A DNA stretch of 64,000 bases from Terriglobia bacterium (GCA_965218585.1 CBDCLE010000009.1:106755-170754); one strand, 5' to 3'. Positions 1 to 10,008 are shown, counted from the first letter of the stretch. Numbers and translations: made by a program. The notes: generated from the sequence alone by a model not told the origin.

Positions 1-5
1 TGAGC

Positions 6-3000
6 ATGAGTATCGCTGAGTCCACCGGGATACCTGCGTGGGTCGTCGTTGTGTTGCGCTTTGCGCTCCTCGGAACGCTTATCGGAACGGCGGTGAAGAT
101 GCTGATTCTTCCGCTCGGCCGAAAGCCTGATGACGTGCAGTTGGCTCGTTTCGTCGAAGAAAAGAATCCCGGGCTTGAGGACCGCCTGGTGAGTGCGGTC
201 GAAGTCGTGAACAAACCCGATTCCGACAGGGGACCGTTCCGTTTTCTGTTGATTCGCGATGCCGTAGAGGCGACCCGGCGTATCCGCTTTGATGACCTCG
301 TCAACCGGAACAAATTCAATGTTCTTGCATCGTTGACAGTAGTCTTTGCACTGGCTCTGATCATCTCACTGTATTTCGCCGGGACTTTCTTCCCGTACGG
401 CAGCGCCCGGCTGTTCGCCGGTTTCATCGAACCTCCACCAGGTCCAGACTACTCGATTGAGGTGACTCCTGGAGATACGACTGTTCCCCGGGGGAGCGAT
501 GTGGTTCTCGAAGCGATTGCCCTCGGCTTTGACCCCGAGCGTGCGGAAGTTCATCTGCGTTACGACAACAGTTCGCAGTGGGAAATCTCCACGATGGATG
601 TTGCACCTGAGATTGTCCCGACCTTCCGTCGGCTTCTGTTCAACCTGCAGGAACCCGTCCGCTATTACGTGCAGGCTGGAGGCTTTCAGTCAGCCGAATT
701 CGTGATCTCGGTTGCCGACCTGCCTCGGGTGGAGAGCATCGACTACACCTACAACTATCCCGCATACACGCGCCTCAGTGCCCGCACTGAACAAGACGCG
801 CTCGACATCGTTGCTTTAAGGGGGACACGCGTAGAGGTTACGGTCCATGCGAGCCAGGAATTGAGGAGTGGTCGTCTCATTTTTGCGGACGGTGTAGAAG
901 TGGACCTCACACCTGGAGAAGGACAGATTGCGACCACCGAGCTTATTGTCGACCGTACGACAACGTTCCGGGTTGAACTGGAGAATACGGCCGGTGCGGA
1001 GTATCTGAGCCTGTCTGAGTATGCAATGGAAGCGCTCGATGATCAGAAACCCCTCGTCCAGTTTACCGAGCCGGGGCGTGACTACAGGGCGTCCACGGTC
1101 GAAGAAATCTTCACGGAACTGGAGGCCGAGGACGATCTGGGTATCGAAACGCTTGACATCATTTTTGCTGTGAACGGCGGGGAGGAACAGAGCATCGATT
1201 TGTTCGCCAATAACGGCACCGCGCCCAAAGAGATATCGGGCAGTTACACGTTCTTCCTGGAGGAGTACGAAATTCAGCCAGGTGATTTCATTACGTATTA
1301 CGGCAAGGCAGTGGATTCGAACCGGCCGTCAAATGAAGTCCTGACCGACATCTACTTCATTGAAGTCCGTCCCTTTGGCATGGAGTATTTCCAGGGCCAG
1401 CAGGGCGGCGGCGGTGGTGGTGGTGGAGGCGGCGGTGATGATTCTGCTGCCGCGTTGTCCAACCGCCAGAAGGAAATTATTGCTGCGACGTTCAGACTCA
1501 TCCGTGACGAAGAGAGTTATGGTGCGGGAGAGTACTCCGACAATATCCAGGCCGTAGCCGAAAACCAGAGCACACTTGCCGAACAGACCCAGACGCTGAT
1601 GGGACGTCTCACGGCGCGCGGGTTGGCTATGGACGAGCAGATTGGTCAGTTGACCGCGAATCTCGAGCTGGCACTGGAACAGATGGGTCCGGCTGCCCAG
1701 CAGTTGAGCGACGAGAACCTGAAAGAGGCGCAACCCTTCGAGCAGAAGTCACTCCAATACCTGATGCGTGCCGAAGCCCTGTTCAATCAGGTTCAAGTCA
1801 CGATGGGAGGCGGCGGTGGCGGAGGCGGTGGAGGTGCCCAGAACGCCGAAGATCTGGCCGACCTTTTCGACCTCGAACTGGATCAGAACACGAATCAGTA
1901 CGAAACGCTGGAGCGCGATGAAGGTTCCCAGGGTGGCAGCCAGGAAATGGATGAAGCCCTTGAAAAACTCAAGGAACTGGCCGAGCGCCGGCAGCGGATG
2001 ATGGAGCAGCAGCGTCAGCAGGCCCTTTCCGGCAACGGAGGAGGGGGTGGCAGTCAGCAGATGACGGCCGACGAGATCCGGCGGGAAACAGAGCGGCTGG
2101 CACGTCAACTGGACCGGCTCTCCCGCGAAAACAACGATCCGCAGATGGCCGAAGTAGGCCGGGCCCTGGAACAGGCTGCGCGCAACATGCGGCAGGCTCA
2201 GAACGGCACGAGCCAACAGCAACAGCAGGCTTCAGAAGAGGCGATGGAAGAACTCCAGCGTGCTGAAAACCTGCTCTCGGGCGCCCAGGGGGGCACTCTG
2301 GAGGAGCGGCTGGCGAACCTGCAGCGTCAGGCTGGAGATCTGGCCGACGATCAGCGGCAAATTTCGGATCAGACCGAGCGCCTGGCTGCCGATCCTGACA
2401 ACGACACCGCGCGTAGAGCGGCGCAAATCACTGAACAGAAAGTCGAAGCTGTCGAGGACTTACGGGATCTTCAGGACGGACTCGACGCCTTACAGGGCAC
2501 TCCTTCGAGCCAGGAGACAGCGCGGCAAATCCGTGGCGCCGCCAACGCCATCCGGTCCGACCGTCTGGTCGACAAGATGAACAACGGTCAGGAGCTTCTT
2601 GATAGCGGGTACTACGACTTTGCGGCCCAGAGGGAAGAGGAGGTGGCCGATGCGATCGACGACATCGCGCGTCAGCTGAATCAGGCCGCTGCGAGCGCAG
2701 CCAACACCGAAGAAAGACAGGTTCAGAACGCACTGAATCAGACGAGCGAAGCGATCCGGCGTCTGGAGTCGATGCAACGCCGTTTTGAGAACGAACAGAA
2801 TCAGCAGGGTCAGCAAGGTCAACAGAGCCAAGAAGGCCAGCAAGGTCAACAGGGCCAACAGGGACAGCAAGGCCAACAGGGTCAACAAGGCCAGCAGGGC
2901 CAGGGTGGTCAGCAGGGTCAACAGGCCGGCAACGGATTTGGCGGACCCAACGATGGTTTTGGATCTCGTCTGGGTGGCTTTGGAAACCGCAACCTGAGCC

Positions 3001-3347
3001 CCGACGACATCCGTCAGTTGACTCGCGAATGGGAGCAGCGGCTTCAGGATGTCGAAGACATTCGGAACCTCCTGGGTGCGGGTAATCCGTTGGAGGAAGA
3101 TCTCAACAGGATCATGAACGCTATCCGCGGGAGAATGGACGGCAACCCGGCCGGGCTCGCCGAAATAGAGGCGCTGGTCAATGAAATCATTTTGCCGTTC
3201 CGCTCGGTGGAACTCGAACTGAGTCGGGAACTCCAACTTTTGATCGGACGTGAAAATATTCGTTCGGCGCAGGAAGACGAGATTCCGGCGAGCTACCGCC
3301 GGCTTGTGGAGGAGTACTACGAGCGACTGGGGAGCGAGAGCGATTAG
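6..3347 (+). CDS. Large membrane-anchored coiled-coil protein (DUF4175-like); probably starts upstream of the window
   Basis: 1113-aa ORF with two N-terminal TM segments, a beta-rich middle, Gly/Gln-rich linkers, long coiled coils and a C-terminal IPASYRRLVEEYYERL motif typical of the family. Confidence 0.6.
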   Translation: MSIAESTGIPAWVVVVLRFALLGTLIGTAVKMLILPLGRKPDDVQLARFVEEKNPGLEDRLVSAVEVVNKPDSDRGPFRFLLIRDAVEATRRIRFDDLVNRNKFNVLASLTVVFALALIISLYFAGTFFPYGSARLFAGFIEPPPGPDYSIEVTPGDTTVPRGSDVVLEAIALGFDPERAEVHLRYDNSSQWEISTMDVAPEIVPTFRRLLFNLQEPVRYYVQAGGFQSAEFVISVADLPRVESIDYTYNYPAYTRLSARTEQDALDIVALRGTRVEVTVHASQELRSGRLIFADGVEVDLTPGEGQIATTELIVDRTTTFRVELENTAGAEYLSLSEYAMEALDDQKPLVQFTEPGRDYRASTVEEIFTELEAEDDLGIETLDIIFAVNGGEEQSIDLFANNGTAPKEISGSYTFFLEEYEIQPGDFITYYGKAVDSNRPSNEVLTDIYFIEVRPFGMEYFQGQQGGGGGGGGGGGDDSAAALSNRQKEIIAATFRLIRDEESYGAGEYSDNIQAVAENQSTLAEQTQTLMGRLTARGLAMDEQIGQLTANLELALEQMGPAAQQLSDENLKEAQPFEQKSLQYLMRAEALFNQVQVTMGGGGGGGGGGAQNAEDLADLFDLELDQNTNQYETLERDEGSQGGSQEMDEALEKLKELAERRQRMMEQQRQQALSGNGGGGGSQQMTADEIRRETERLARQLDRLSRENNDPQMAEVGRALEQAARNMRQAQNGTSQQQQQASEEAMEELQRAENLLSGAQGGTLEERLANLQRQAGDLADDQRQISDQTERLAADPDNDTARRAAQITEQKVEAVEDLRDLQDGLDALQGTPSSQETARQIRGAANAIRSDRLVDKMNNGQELLDSGYYDFAAQREEEVADAIDDIARQLNQAAASAANTEERQVQNALNQTSEAIRRLESMQRRFENEQNQQGQQGQQSQEGQQGQQGQQGQQGQQGQQGQQGQGGQQGQQAGNGFGGPNDGFGSRLGGFGNRNLSPDDIRQLTREWEQRLQDVEDIRNLLGAGNPLEEDLNRIMNAIRGRMDGNPAGLAEIEALVNEIILPFRSVELELSRELQLLIGRENIRSAQEDEIPASYRRLVEEYYERLGSESD
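2803..2926 (+). repeat. Coding 9-bp tandem repeat (QQG)n
   Basis: Degenerate CARCARGGN units encoding QQGQQGQQG. Confidence 0.85.
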
Positions 3348-3377
3348 GGAATACGCCCTTAAGTTGTAAGCGAGAGT

Positions 3378-3407
3378 AGCGGCGGTCTTCGGGCCGCCGC
3401 TTTTTTT
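3378..3407 (+). terminator. Rho-independent terminator
   Basis: AGCGGCGGTC-TTCG-GGCCGCCGCT hairpin followed by a T run, 30 nt after the stop. Confidence 0.9.
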
Positions 3408-3447
3408 GTTGTTTAGGGCCCTAGTATCGAAAGTCTCAATCCTGGGC

Positions 3448-3617
3448 GTAAGATTACGCTCGGTCGTTCATTCAGACATCCTGTCTGAACGACCGGCGAG
3501 CTCGCGATCTTCCTGATCGCAAGCCCTTTTTGGGAAAGACGGAATACGACACGTTCTTCCTGTAGGTGCGCTCTGTGAGCGCACCTCTCCTTTTTGGAAT
3601 CCGAAAATGTTCGAGAC
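3448..3617. repeat. Composite REP-like structured repeat, copy A
   Basis: Hairpins CAGACATCCTGTCTG and GCGATCTTCCTGATCGC plus GTAG-type palindrome CTGTAGGTGCGCTCTGTGAGCGCAC; homologous to 7534-7723. Confidence 0.8.
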
Positions 3618-4891
3618 TAGATACGCCCAGAGTAAAGCGGAAATCGCTTGCACAGCGCCGACACTGATTGGCGCACTCCAGTTATAGTCGCTTCGTCTTC
3701 GATGTTCTCCAGCACGTCCGCAATCCAGTCACCGATCTCAGCCATTTCAGTTTCCCCCATCCCACGAGTCGTCACGGCCGGCGTCCCTACGCGGATACCA
3801 CTGGGCTTCATGGGCGGGTTCGTGTCAAACGGGATCGCGTTCTTGTTGACGGTAATCCCCGCGCGCTCCAGGGCAGTTTCAGCCTGGCTCCCATCGATAC
3901 CCTTGGAAAAGACGTCCACCAGCATCAGATGTGTGTCGGTTCCTCCTGAAGCCAGCCGGAAACCGCGCCCTGCGATCGTTTCGGACAGGGCCTTTGCATT
4001 GGAGACGACCTGGGCTGTGTAAGTCTTGAATTCTTCGGTCGCCGCTTCCTTGAAACAGGTAGCCTTTGCCGCAATCACGTGAACCAGGGGGCCTCCCTGC
4101 ATTTCGGGGAAGACAGATCGGTTGACATCCTTTCGATATTCTTCCCGGCACATGATGAAACCACTCCGCGGCCCTCGCAGGGTCTTGTGCGTCGTGCTGG
4201 TGACGAAATCGCAATGCGGGACCGGGTTCGGATGCTGGCCCCCGGCGACAAGGCCCGCAATGTGGGCCATGTCGGCCATGAGCAGGGAACCGTTCTCGCG
4301 CGCGATCTTGCCGAATCGCTCGAAATCGAGCGTGCGGGGGTAGGCACTCGCCCCGACAACGATGAGTCTTGGTTTATGCTCGGCCGCGAGCTTGGCTACC
4401 TCATCGTAATCGATCGTCTCGGCGTCCTTGCTGACACCGTAGGAAACGATGTTGTAGTACTTGCCCGAAAAATTAAGAGGGTGTCCATGGGTCAGATGCC
4501 CACCATGCGACAAGTTCATTCCGAGGACCGTGTCTCCGGGTTTAAGGACGGTGAGGTACACGGCCATGTTAGCCTGACTTCCCGAGTGTGGCTGAACGTT
4601 TACGTGTTCGGCTCCGAAGATCTCTTTTGCCCGCTCGATGGCCAGGCGCTCCACGACATCGGCGAATTCGCAGCCTCCGTAATACCGCCTGCCGGGGTAA
4701 CCTTCAGCGTACTTGTTTGTGAAAACAGAGCCAGTGGCTTCGAGCACGGCTTCGTAAGTGAAGTTCTCCGATGCGATCAGTTCCACGCAGTCCGCCTGCC
4801 GCTGTTCTTCGTTTTTGATGGCCTTGTAAATCTCTGGATCTAAATCTCTTAAGGGTACTTCAATCATTCCCGATGCTACCTCATGTGTCAT
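3617..4891 (-). CDS. glyA: Serine hydroxymethyltransferase
   Basis: [22 protein letters not shown] and PLP-lysine motif [10 protein letters not shown]. Confidence 0.98.
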   Translation of the reverse strand: MTHEVASGMIEVPLRDLDPEIYKAIKNEEQRQADCVELIASENFTYEAVLEATGSVFTNKYAEGYPGRRYYGGCEFADVVERLAIERAKEIFGAEHVNVQPHSGSQANMAVYLTVLKPGDTVLGMNLSHGGHLTHGHPLNFSGKYYNIVSYGVSKDAETIDYDEVAKLAAEHKPRLIVVGASAYPRTLDFERFGKIARENGSLLMADMAHIAGLVAGGQHPNPVPHCDFVTSTTHKTLRGPRSGFIMCREEYRKDVNRSVFPEMQGGPLVHVIAAKATCFKEAATEEFKTYTAQVVSNAKALSETIAGRGFRLASGGTDTHLMLVDVFSKGIDGSQAETALERAGITVNKNAIPFDTNPPMKPSGIRVGTPAVTTRGMGETEMAEIGDWIADVLENIEDEATITGVRQSVSALCKRFPLYSGRI

Positions 4892-4932
4892 TCGATTCTC
4901 CGGCGGACTCCGCCGGTCACTCTAACATGCTG

Positions 4933-4941
4933 TGCTATAAT
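4933..4941 (+). promoter_or_regulatory. Extended -10 promoter element (TGnTATAAT)
   Basis: TG-C-TATAAT ending 8 nt before the ATG at 4950, in the divergent gap with glyA. Confidence 0.55.
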
Positions 4942-4949
4942 TCCGCACC

Positions 4950-5315
4950 ATGTTTGGCCTCCTTCCCCGAGGCACTGCCTACATCCTCCTCCTGGCAATC
5001 GTCGTTTTTGCCGGAGTCCAGTACGGTCCTATCTATTACAGCGCGTGGCAGTTTTATGATGCGATCCGTCAGGAAGTCCGTTTTGCCGGAACGAGCAGGC
5101 GCACTGTCAGTTTCGTTCACGAGTCAATCATGCAACTTGCCCAGGAACATGCGGAGCCTGTCCTCGAAGACGATGTGGATGTGAGCGTCGAAGTCACCCG
5201 AGATGGGCCTTTCTTCATCGTCGAGGTGTACTACCTGGTTCCCGTGGATTTGCGGGTGTTCCAGGACGAGGTCGAATTCGATTGGCGCCTGTCGGGCGAG
5301 ACCTTCGCGGAATGA
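4950..5315 (+). CDS. Small membrane-anchored protein (DUF4845-like)
   Basis: Single N-terminal TM helix; stop overlaps moeA start (ATGA). Confidence 0.55.
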   Translation: MFGLLPRGTAYILLLAIVVFAGVQYGPIYYSAWQFYDAIRQEVRFAGTSRRTVSFVHESIMQLAQEHAEPVLEDDVDVSVEVTRDGPFFIVEVYYLVPVDLRVFQDEVEFDWRLSGETFAE

Positions 5316-6538
5316 TTTCTATCGAACAAGGATTTCAAATCGTTTCCGATCGTGTTGAGGCAGAGGTTGGAGACGATTTTATGCCTGCCGAAGATGTGGG
5401 TCTCTCCGACAGCATAGGCCGCACACTTCGCAAGGATGTCTTCGCCGATCTGGATTCTCCTCCCTTTGACCGGTCTATTCGCGACGGATTCGCGGTTATC
5501 GCCGAAGATGTTCGAGGCGTTCCCGTTGAACTCGATGTAGTAGGCGAATCCCGTGCGGGGAGTTCATACGACGGCCCCGTTGGCCCCGGGCAATGTGTTG
5601 CGATCATGACAGGGGCGGAAGTTCCTTCGGGCGCCGATGCAGTGGTTATGGTTGAACACACCGAAAGCGTTTCCCCGCGCCGGGTGCGCGTTCTCAAGGT
5701 CGTAAAGGCTGGTCAGAGCATTCAACCAGAGGGCACGGAGTGCAGGAGAGGGGACCGAATCCTGGAGGCAGGACGCGAAATTCAGGCACCCGAAATCGGT
5801 GTGCTCGCTTCAGTCGGCTGTGCTCAGGTGCGGGTTTCGGCAAGACCGAGAGTCGCGATTCTGTCCACCGGAGACGAACTCGTCGAAGTGAGTGAGACAC
5901 CCGGACGGGCTCAGATCCGTAACAGCAACAGCTTCACGTTGTACGCGCAGGTCCGGGCAGCGGGCGGAGATCCGGAGATGTTAGGCATCGTATCGGACGA
6001 TGTGGAGGATCTCTCCCGTAGGATCGGGAAGGCTCTGGAACGCGACATCGTCATTACTTCCGGTGGTGTTTCGATGGGAAAGTATGATCTTGTCGAGGGC
6101 GTACTCGCCGATCATGGAGTCGACATAGGTTTCGACAAGGTTGCGATGAAGCCGGGTAAGCCGACGGTCTTTGGGTCGAAAGGACGGACTTTCGTGTTCG
6201 GCCTGCCGGGTAACCCGGTGTCGACGATCGTGTCGTTTCAACTGTTCGTGCGTCCGTTGATTCGCAGGTTACTGCACCGAAGTGGGGTGGGTGACGAACT
6301 GCTTGAAGCGAAGCTGGAGCAGGAAGTCCGCTGCGATCCGGTGCGGACCGCGTGTGTTCCGGCGTCTGTCCGGTTTGGTGATGGAGCTTACCGATTGAAG
6401 ACCGTGCAATGGAAAGGGTCCTCGGATCTGGTGGGGCTGTCCCGCGCCAACGCTTACGTCCTGATTCCGAAACAGGATGGGTCACTGACGCCGGGATCAC
6501 GGGTGAGATTCATTCCTATGATTCCGACAGGCAGTTGA
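5312..6538 (+). CDS. moeA: Molybdopterin molybdenumtransferase
   Basis: PPFDRSIRDGFAV, IMTGA, STGDEL, SGGVSMG, MKPGKP, GLPGNP; start set at the ATGA overlap. Confidence 0.95.
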   Translation: MISIEQGFQIVSDRVEAEVGDDFMPAEDVGLSDSIGRTLRKDVFADLDSPPFDRSIRDGFAVIAEDVRGVPVELDVVGESRAGSSYDGPVGPGQCVAIMTGAEVPSGADAVVMVEHTESVSPRRVRVLKVVKAGQSIQPEGTECRRGDRILEAGREIQAPEIGVLASVGCAQVRVSARPRVAILSTGDELVEVSETPGRAQIRNSNSFTLYAQVRAAGGDPEMLGIVSDDVEDLSRRIGKALERDIVITSGGVSMGKYDLVEGVLADHGVDIGFDKVAMKPGKPTVFGSKGRTFVFGLPGNPVSTIVSFQLFVRPLIRRLLHRSGVGDELLEAKLEQEVRCDPVRTACVPASVRFGDGAYRLKTVQWKGSSDLVGLSRANAYVLIPKQDGSLTPGSRVRFIPMIPTGS

Positions 6539-6544
6539 ATCACT

Positions 6545-7027
6545 ATGCCGGGAGAATTCAGCCATCTGGACGAAAAAGGCCGTGCGCGAATGGTGGATGT
6601 GGGCGGCAAAACGAAGACCGCCCGCTCGGCTCGCGCCGAGGCTCTGGTTGTCATGAGCGAGGCCTTGCTGGAGCGGCTGCGTTCACGGACTTTACCCAAG
6701 GGTGACCCGTTCGAAGTTGTCAGGATCGCGGGCATCCAGGCCGCAAAGAAGACTTCAGACCTGATACCGCTGTGTCATCCCTTGCCGCTTTCTAAGATCG
6801 ATGTGGACGTTGAACTCACCGATACCGGTGCCCGTATTGAAGCAATGGTTAGCACGACAGCGGAAACCGGAGTCGAGATGGAGGCCCTCGTCGCGGCCTC
6901 CGTAGCAGCCCTCGCTCTTTACGACATGTGCAAGGGCGTCGACAAAGGGATCGAGATCGGCCCGATTCGGCTCCTGGAGAAAAGCGGAGGCAAGAGTGGC
7001 GATTGGCGTCGAGGTGAAGAGAAATGA
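6545..7027 (+). CDS. moaC: Cyclic pyranopterin monophosphate synthase
   Basis: [40 protein letters not shown]. Confidence 0.97.
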   Translation: MPGEFSHLDEKGRARMVDVGGKTKTARSARAEALVVMSEALLERLRSRTLPKGDPFEVVRIAGIQAAKKTSDLIPLCHPLPLSKIDVDVELTDTGARIEAMVSTTAETGVEMEALVAASVAALALYDMCKGVDKGIEIGPIRLLEKSGGKSGDWRRGEEK

Positions 7028-7509
7028 GTCTGGGACGTGCAGTTGTCTTAACGGTCAGTGACCGTGCAGCCGCCGGGAAGCGGAAGGACCTGTCCGGGCC
7101 CGAAGCCAAGCGTATTCTCGAGGAGGCGGGGTTTGAAGTCGGCGATGTCCGTGTTGTGGCCGATGAGCGTCCTCTGATCGAGGAGAATCTGTTAACGGCG
7201 TGTGACGGGGATCAGGTTCGGTTGATCGTTACAACCGGAGGCACCGGGCTCTCACCGCGGGACGTTACCCCGGAAGCGACGAGGGAGGTGATTGAGCGTG
7301 AAGTTCCCGGAATGGCTGAAATGATGCGTGCTGAGGGCCTGAAGAAAACCGCGCGGGCCGCTCTTTCAAGGGGTGTCGTGGGCGTGCGAGCCTCGACCTT
7401 AATCATCAATCTTCCTGGCAGCGTAAAAGGCGTCAAGGAGTCGCTGGTCGCGGTGGTCCCGATACTGGGGCATGCGGTGGAAGTGCTGGTAAATCCTTCA
7501 CCGCATTGA
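7024..7509 (+). CDS. mog: Molybdopterin adenylyltransferase (MogA/MoaB family)
   Basis: [30 protein letters not shown]. Confidence 0.92.
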   Translation: MSLGRAVVLTVSDRAAAGKRKDLSGPEAKRILEEAGFEVGDVRVVADERPLIEENLLTACDGDQVRLIVTTGGTGLSPRDVTPEATREVIEREVPGMAEMMRAEGLKKTARAALSRGVVGVRASTLIINLPGSVKGVKESLVAVVPILGHAVEVLVNPSPH

Positions 7510-7533
7510 GGGGAGTAGGGGGCCTAGCTTTTC

Positions 7534-7723
7534 GCGGAAGATTTCGCTCCCTCATTCAATCGGACATCCTGTCCGAATGAGGGGCGACGCTCGCGATCTT
7601 CCTGATCGCAAGCCCTTTTTTCGGAAAGGAAGGAACGTTGCGGCGTTTCTCCTGTAGGTGCGCTCTATGAGCGCACAGACCCAGCAAATTCGAGACGTCT
7701 GCCGTCATAGACCTCACCTACAG
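7534..7723. repeat. Composite REP-like structured repeat, copy B, with an inverted second REP
   Basis: Same architecture as 3448-3617; REP CTGTAGGTGCGCTCTATGAGCGCAC at 7652-7676 and a degenerate inverted copy ending CACCTACAG at 7723. Confidence 0.8.
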
Positions 7724-7763
7724 TTGAGAAGCCGGCAGGTATCGTTTATCCTACCCAGTCATC

Positions 7764-8132
7764 ATGTCTGGGAGCCAACTGCCAAATTACATTCCGATCT
7801 TCCTGTTCTTCGGGGTCGCCTTTCTGTTTCCGGTCGTTACTCTGCTGATCGCGAAACTGGTTCGCCCCCAGACCGGCGGTGCGGGAAAACTCAGCCCTTA
7901 TGAGTGTGGTGTGGATCCGGAGGGCGATGCCCGGGATCGGTATGCGATCCGCTATTATCTGGTCGCGATCTTGTTTGTAATCTTTGACGTGGAAACGATC
8001 TTCCTGTTTCCGTGGGCCATTATTTACGATGAATTAGCGTTGTTCGGTTTGATCGAGATGTGCGTATTTCTGGGAATACTGATCGTCGGATACATCTGGA
8101 TCGTGAAAAAGGGCGCGATCGAGTGGGCATAG
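7764..8132 (+). CDS. nuoA: NADH-quinone oxidoreductase subunit A
   Basis: [16 protein letters not shown], three TM helices. Confidence 0.96.
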   Translation: MSGSQLPNYIPIFLFFGVAFLFPVVTLLIAKLVRPQTGGAGKLSPYECGVDPEGDARDRYAIRYYLVAILFVIFDVETIFLFPWAIIYDELALFGLIEMCVFLGILIVGYIWIVKKGAIEWA

Positions 8133-8142
8133 GGAGAAGGCA

Positions 8143-8712
8143 ATGGCCTGGATAGAGAATCGTTTCGAACAGAATATCGTAACGACGACGGTAGATGCCG
8201 TCTTTAACTGGGCCCGTAAGTCGGCTCTCTGGCCGATGACGTTCGGACTCGCCTGCTGTGCGATCGAGATGATGGCAACGGGCGCGTCGCGTTTCGACAT
8301 GGATCGTTTTGGTGCGGGCATCTTCCGCCCCAGCCCACGGCAGTCGGACCTGATGATTGTTGCCGGTACGGTTACGCTCAAGATGGCCCCGGTTGTTCGG
8401 CGCGTTTATGATCAGATGCCTGATCCCAAGTGGGTCATTTCCATGGGCGCGTGCTCGAACGTGGGTGGACCGTTCGATACGTATTCGGTATTGCAGGGTG
8501 TGGACCATGTGGTCCCCGTGGACGTATACGTTCCCGGTTGTCCTCCGCGTCCCGAGGCCCTGCTTTACGGTTTGATGCGGCTGCAGGACAAGATCGACCG
8601 CATGACGATCGCGAAGAGACCGACTGACGCCCGGTTGGACGAGATCAAGGACGACGCGCGGATTTCTCAGGCGGCACTTGCCGAGATGGACCGGATCAAG
8701 TTGAAGATCTAG
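8143..8712 (+). CDS. nuoB: NADH-quinone oxidoreductase subunit B
   Basis: [29 protein letters not shown]. Confidence 0.98.
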   Translation: MAWIENRFEQNIVTTTVDAVFNWARKSALWPMTFGLACCAIEMMATGASRFDMDRFGAGIFRPSPRQSDLMIVAGTVTLKMAPVVRRVYDQMPDPKWVISMGACSNVGGPFDTYSVLQGVDHVVPVDVYVPGCPPRPEALLYGLMRLQDKIDRMTIAKRPTDARLDEIKDDARISQAALAEMDRIKLKI

Positions 8713-8743
8713 CTCGAAGCTGACAGCTGATGGCTGACAGCTA
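8712..8743 (+). repeat. Heptamer tandem repeat (GCTGANN)n
   Basis: GCTCGAA GCTGACA GCTGATG GCTGACA GCTA fills the nuoB-methyltransferase gap. Confidence 0.65.
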
Positions 8744-9781
8744 ATGAACGGGAATCCCCACCTCATCGCACACCTCGACAAGTTGATTCAGGAACGTGGC
8801 CGTCTTGCGTTCAGCGAGTACATGTCCCTGGTTCTCTATCATTCCGAGCACGGTTATTACTCGAGGAGCCAGAGCCCAATCGGACCGGAAGGCGATTTCT
8901 ACACGGCCGCGAGCGTGGACCCGGCCATGGGAGGGCTGCTGGCCAAACTCTTCAGCCGGATGTCGGCCGATGTCGAAGTCTTCGAGCTTGTAGAGATCGG
9001 AGCCGGTACGGGCCTACTTGCCCGCCATATCCTCGAATCGGAAAGCTTTCCGTATACGATCGTTGAGAAGAGTTCGGCCATGCGCGAACGGCAACGGGAG
9101 ACGCTTGCCGGATTCGAAGTCGAGTGGCGCGACCAATTGCCGTCCGAAATCCGGGGTTGCGTGTTTTCGAACGAATTCTTTGACGCGCTGCCCGTTCGCC
9201 GGTTTGTCCGGCGTCAGGGAGCGGTTCGAGAAATTTTCGTGTCCGACGGTTTTGTAGAAGTCGAAGGCGACCCCGAAGTTCCGATCGACCTGCCGCTTCT
9301 TCGGGAGGGGTGCCGGGCCGATATCAGCCTCGAGGTGGGGGAGTGGGTCAGCAGGATCGGCGCTTCCATCCGTTCGGGCTATCACATGGCAATCGACTAT
9401 GGATATTTGGAAGGCGGTTTCTTTGCGCGGCAGGAAGGAACGTTGATGTGTTATCGACAGCACCGCGCGGAGGAAAATCCTTATCTGGCCATTGGAGAGC
9501 AGGACATCACCGCACACGTCAATTTCTCCGATTTAATAGAAGGCGGGACCCGAGTGGGACTGGAAGAGGTCGGGTACCGAACCCAGATGGAATTTCTGAT
9601 CGACCTGGGTCTGCTCGAGCTTATGGAGCCGCTTGCCACTCGGGGGGATGCCGCCTCCGTAAAGCGTTTGCAGGCGCTCAAGAATCTTCTCCTGCCCCCG
9701 ATGATGGGGGAGCGATTCAAGGTCTTGCTCCAGCGAAAAGGGGTTGCCCCTTCCCGCCTTCCCGGCTTTGGCAAAAAGTAG
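8744..9781 (+). CDS. SAM-dependent methyltransferase, MidA/NDUFAF7 family
   Basis: GYY...IGPEGDFYTA, VEIGAGTG, SNEFFDALP, IDYG, GTLMCY, GEQDITAHVNFS, MGERFKVL. Confidence 0.92.
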   Translation: MNGNPHLIAHLDKLIQERGRLAFSEYMSLVLYHSEHGYYSRSQSPIGPEGDFYTAASVDPAMGGLLAKLFSRMSADVEVFELVEIGAGTGLLARHILESESFPYTIVEKSSAMRERQRETLAGFEVEWRDQLPSEIRGCVFSNEFFDALPVRRFVRRQGAVREIFVSDGFVEVEGDPEVPIDLPLLREGCRADISLEVGEWVSRIGASIRSGYHMAIDYGYLEGGFFARQEGTLMCYRQHRAEENPYLAIGEQDITAHVNFSDLIEGGTRVGLEEVGYRTQMEFLIDLGLLELMEPLATRGDAASVKRLQALKNLLLPPMMGERFKVLLQRKGVAPSRLPGFGKK

Positions 9782-9865
9782 GGACAGACACCCTTTTTTG
9801 CGTCTTTATTCGTCTCGCAGAAGAGATCCGCTTCGCAATAAAGGGTGTCTGTCCCTACTTTTTGC
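9771..9865. repeat. Long inverted repeat (REPIN/MITE-like)
   Basis: GCAAAAAGTAGGGACAGACACCCTTT (9771-9796) and its exact reverse complement (9840-9865); extends to 32 bp with one mismatch. Confidence 0.85.
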
Positions 9866-10008
9866 GTAGGAAATACCGTCTGTTTTTCCTCCTGAATCTG
9901 CGCTAATATGACAGGTTCGCGTGCAAGAAAGAAAGCGAATCTAGTTGCCGATTCCTGGAGCCTAAATCAAAGGCAGAACACCGGTTCCTTCCCGAAGAAA
10001 GCGACAAC

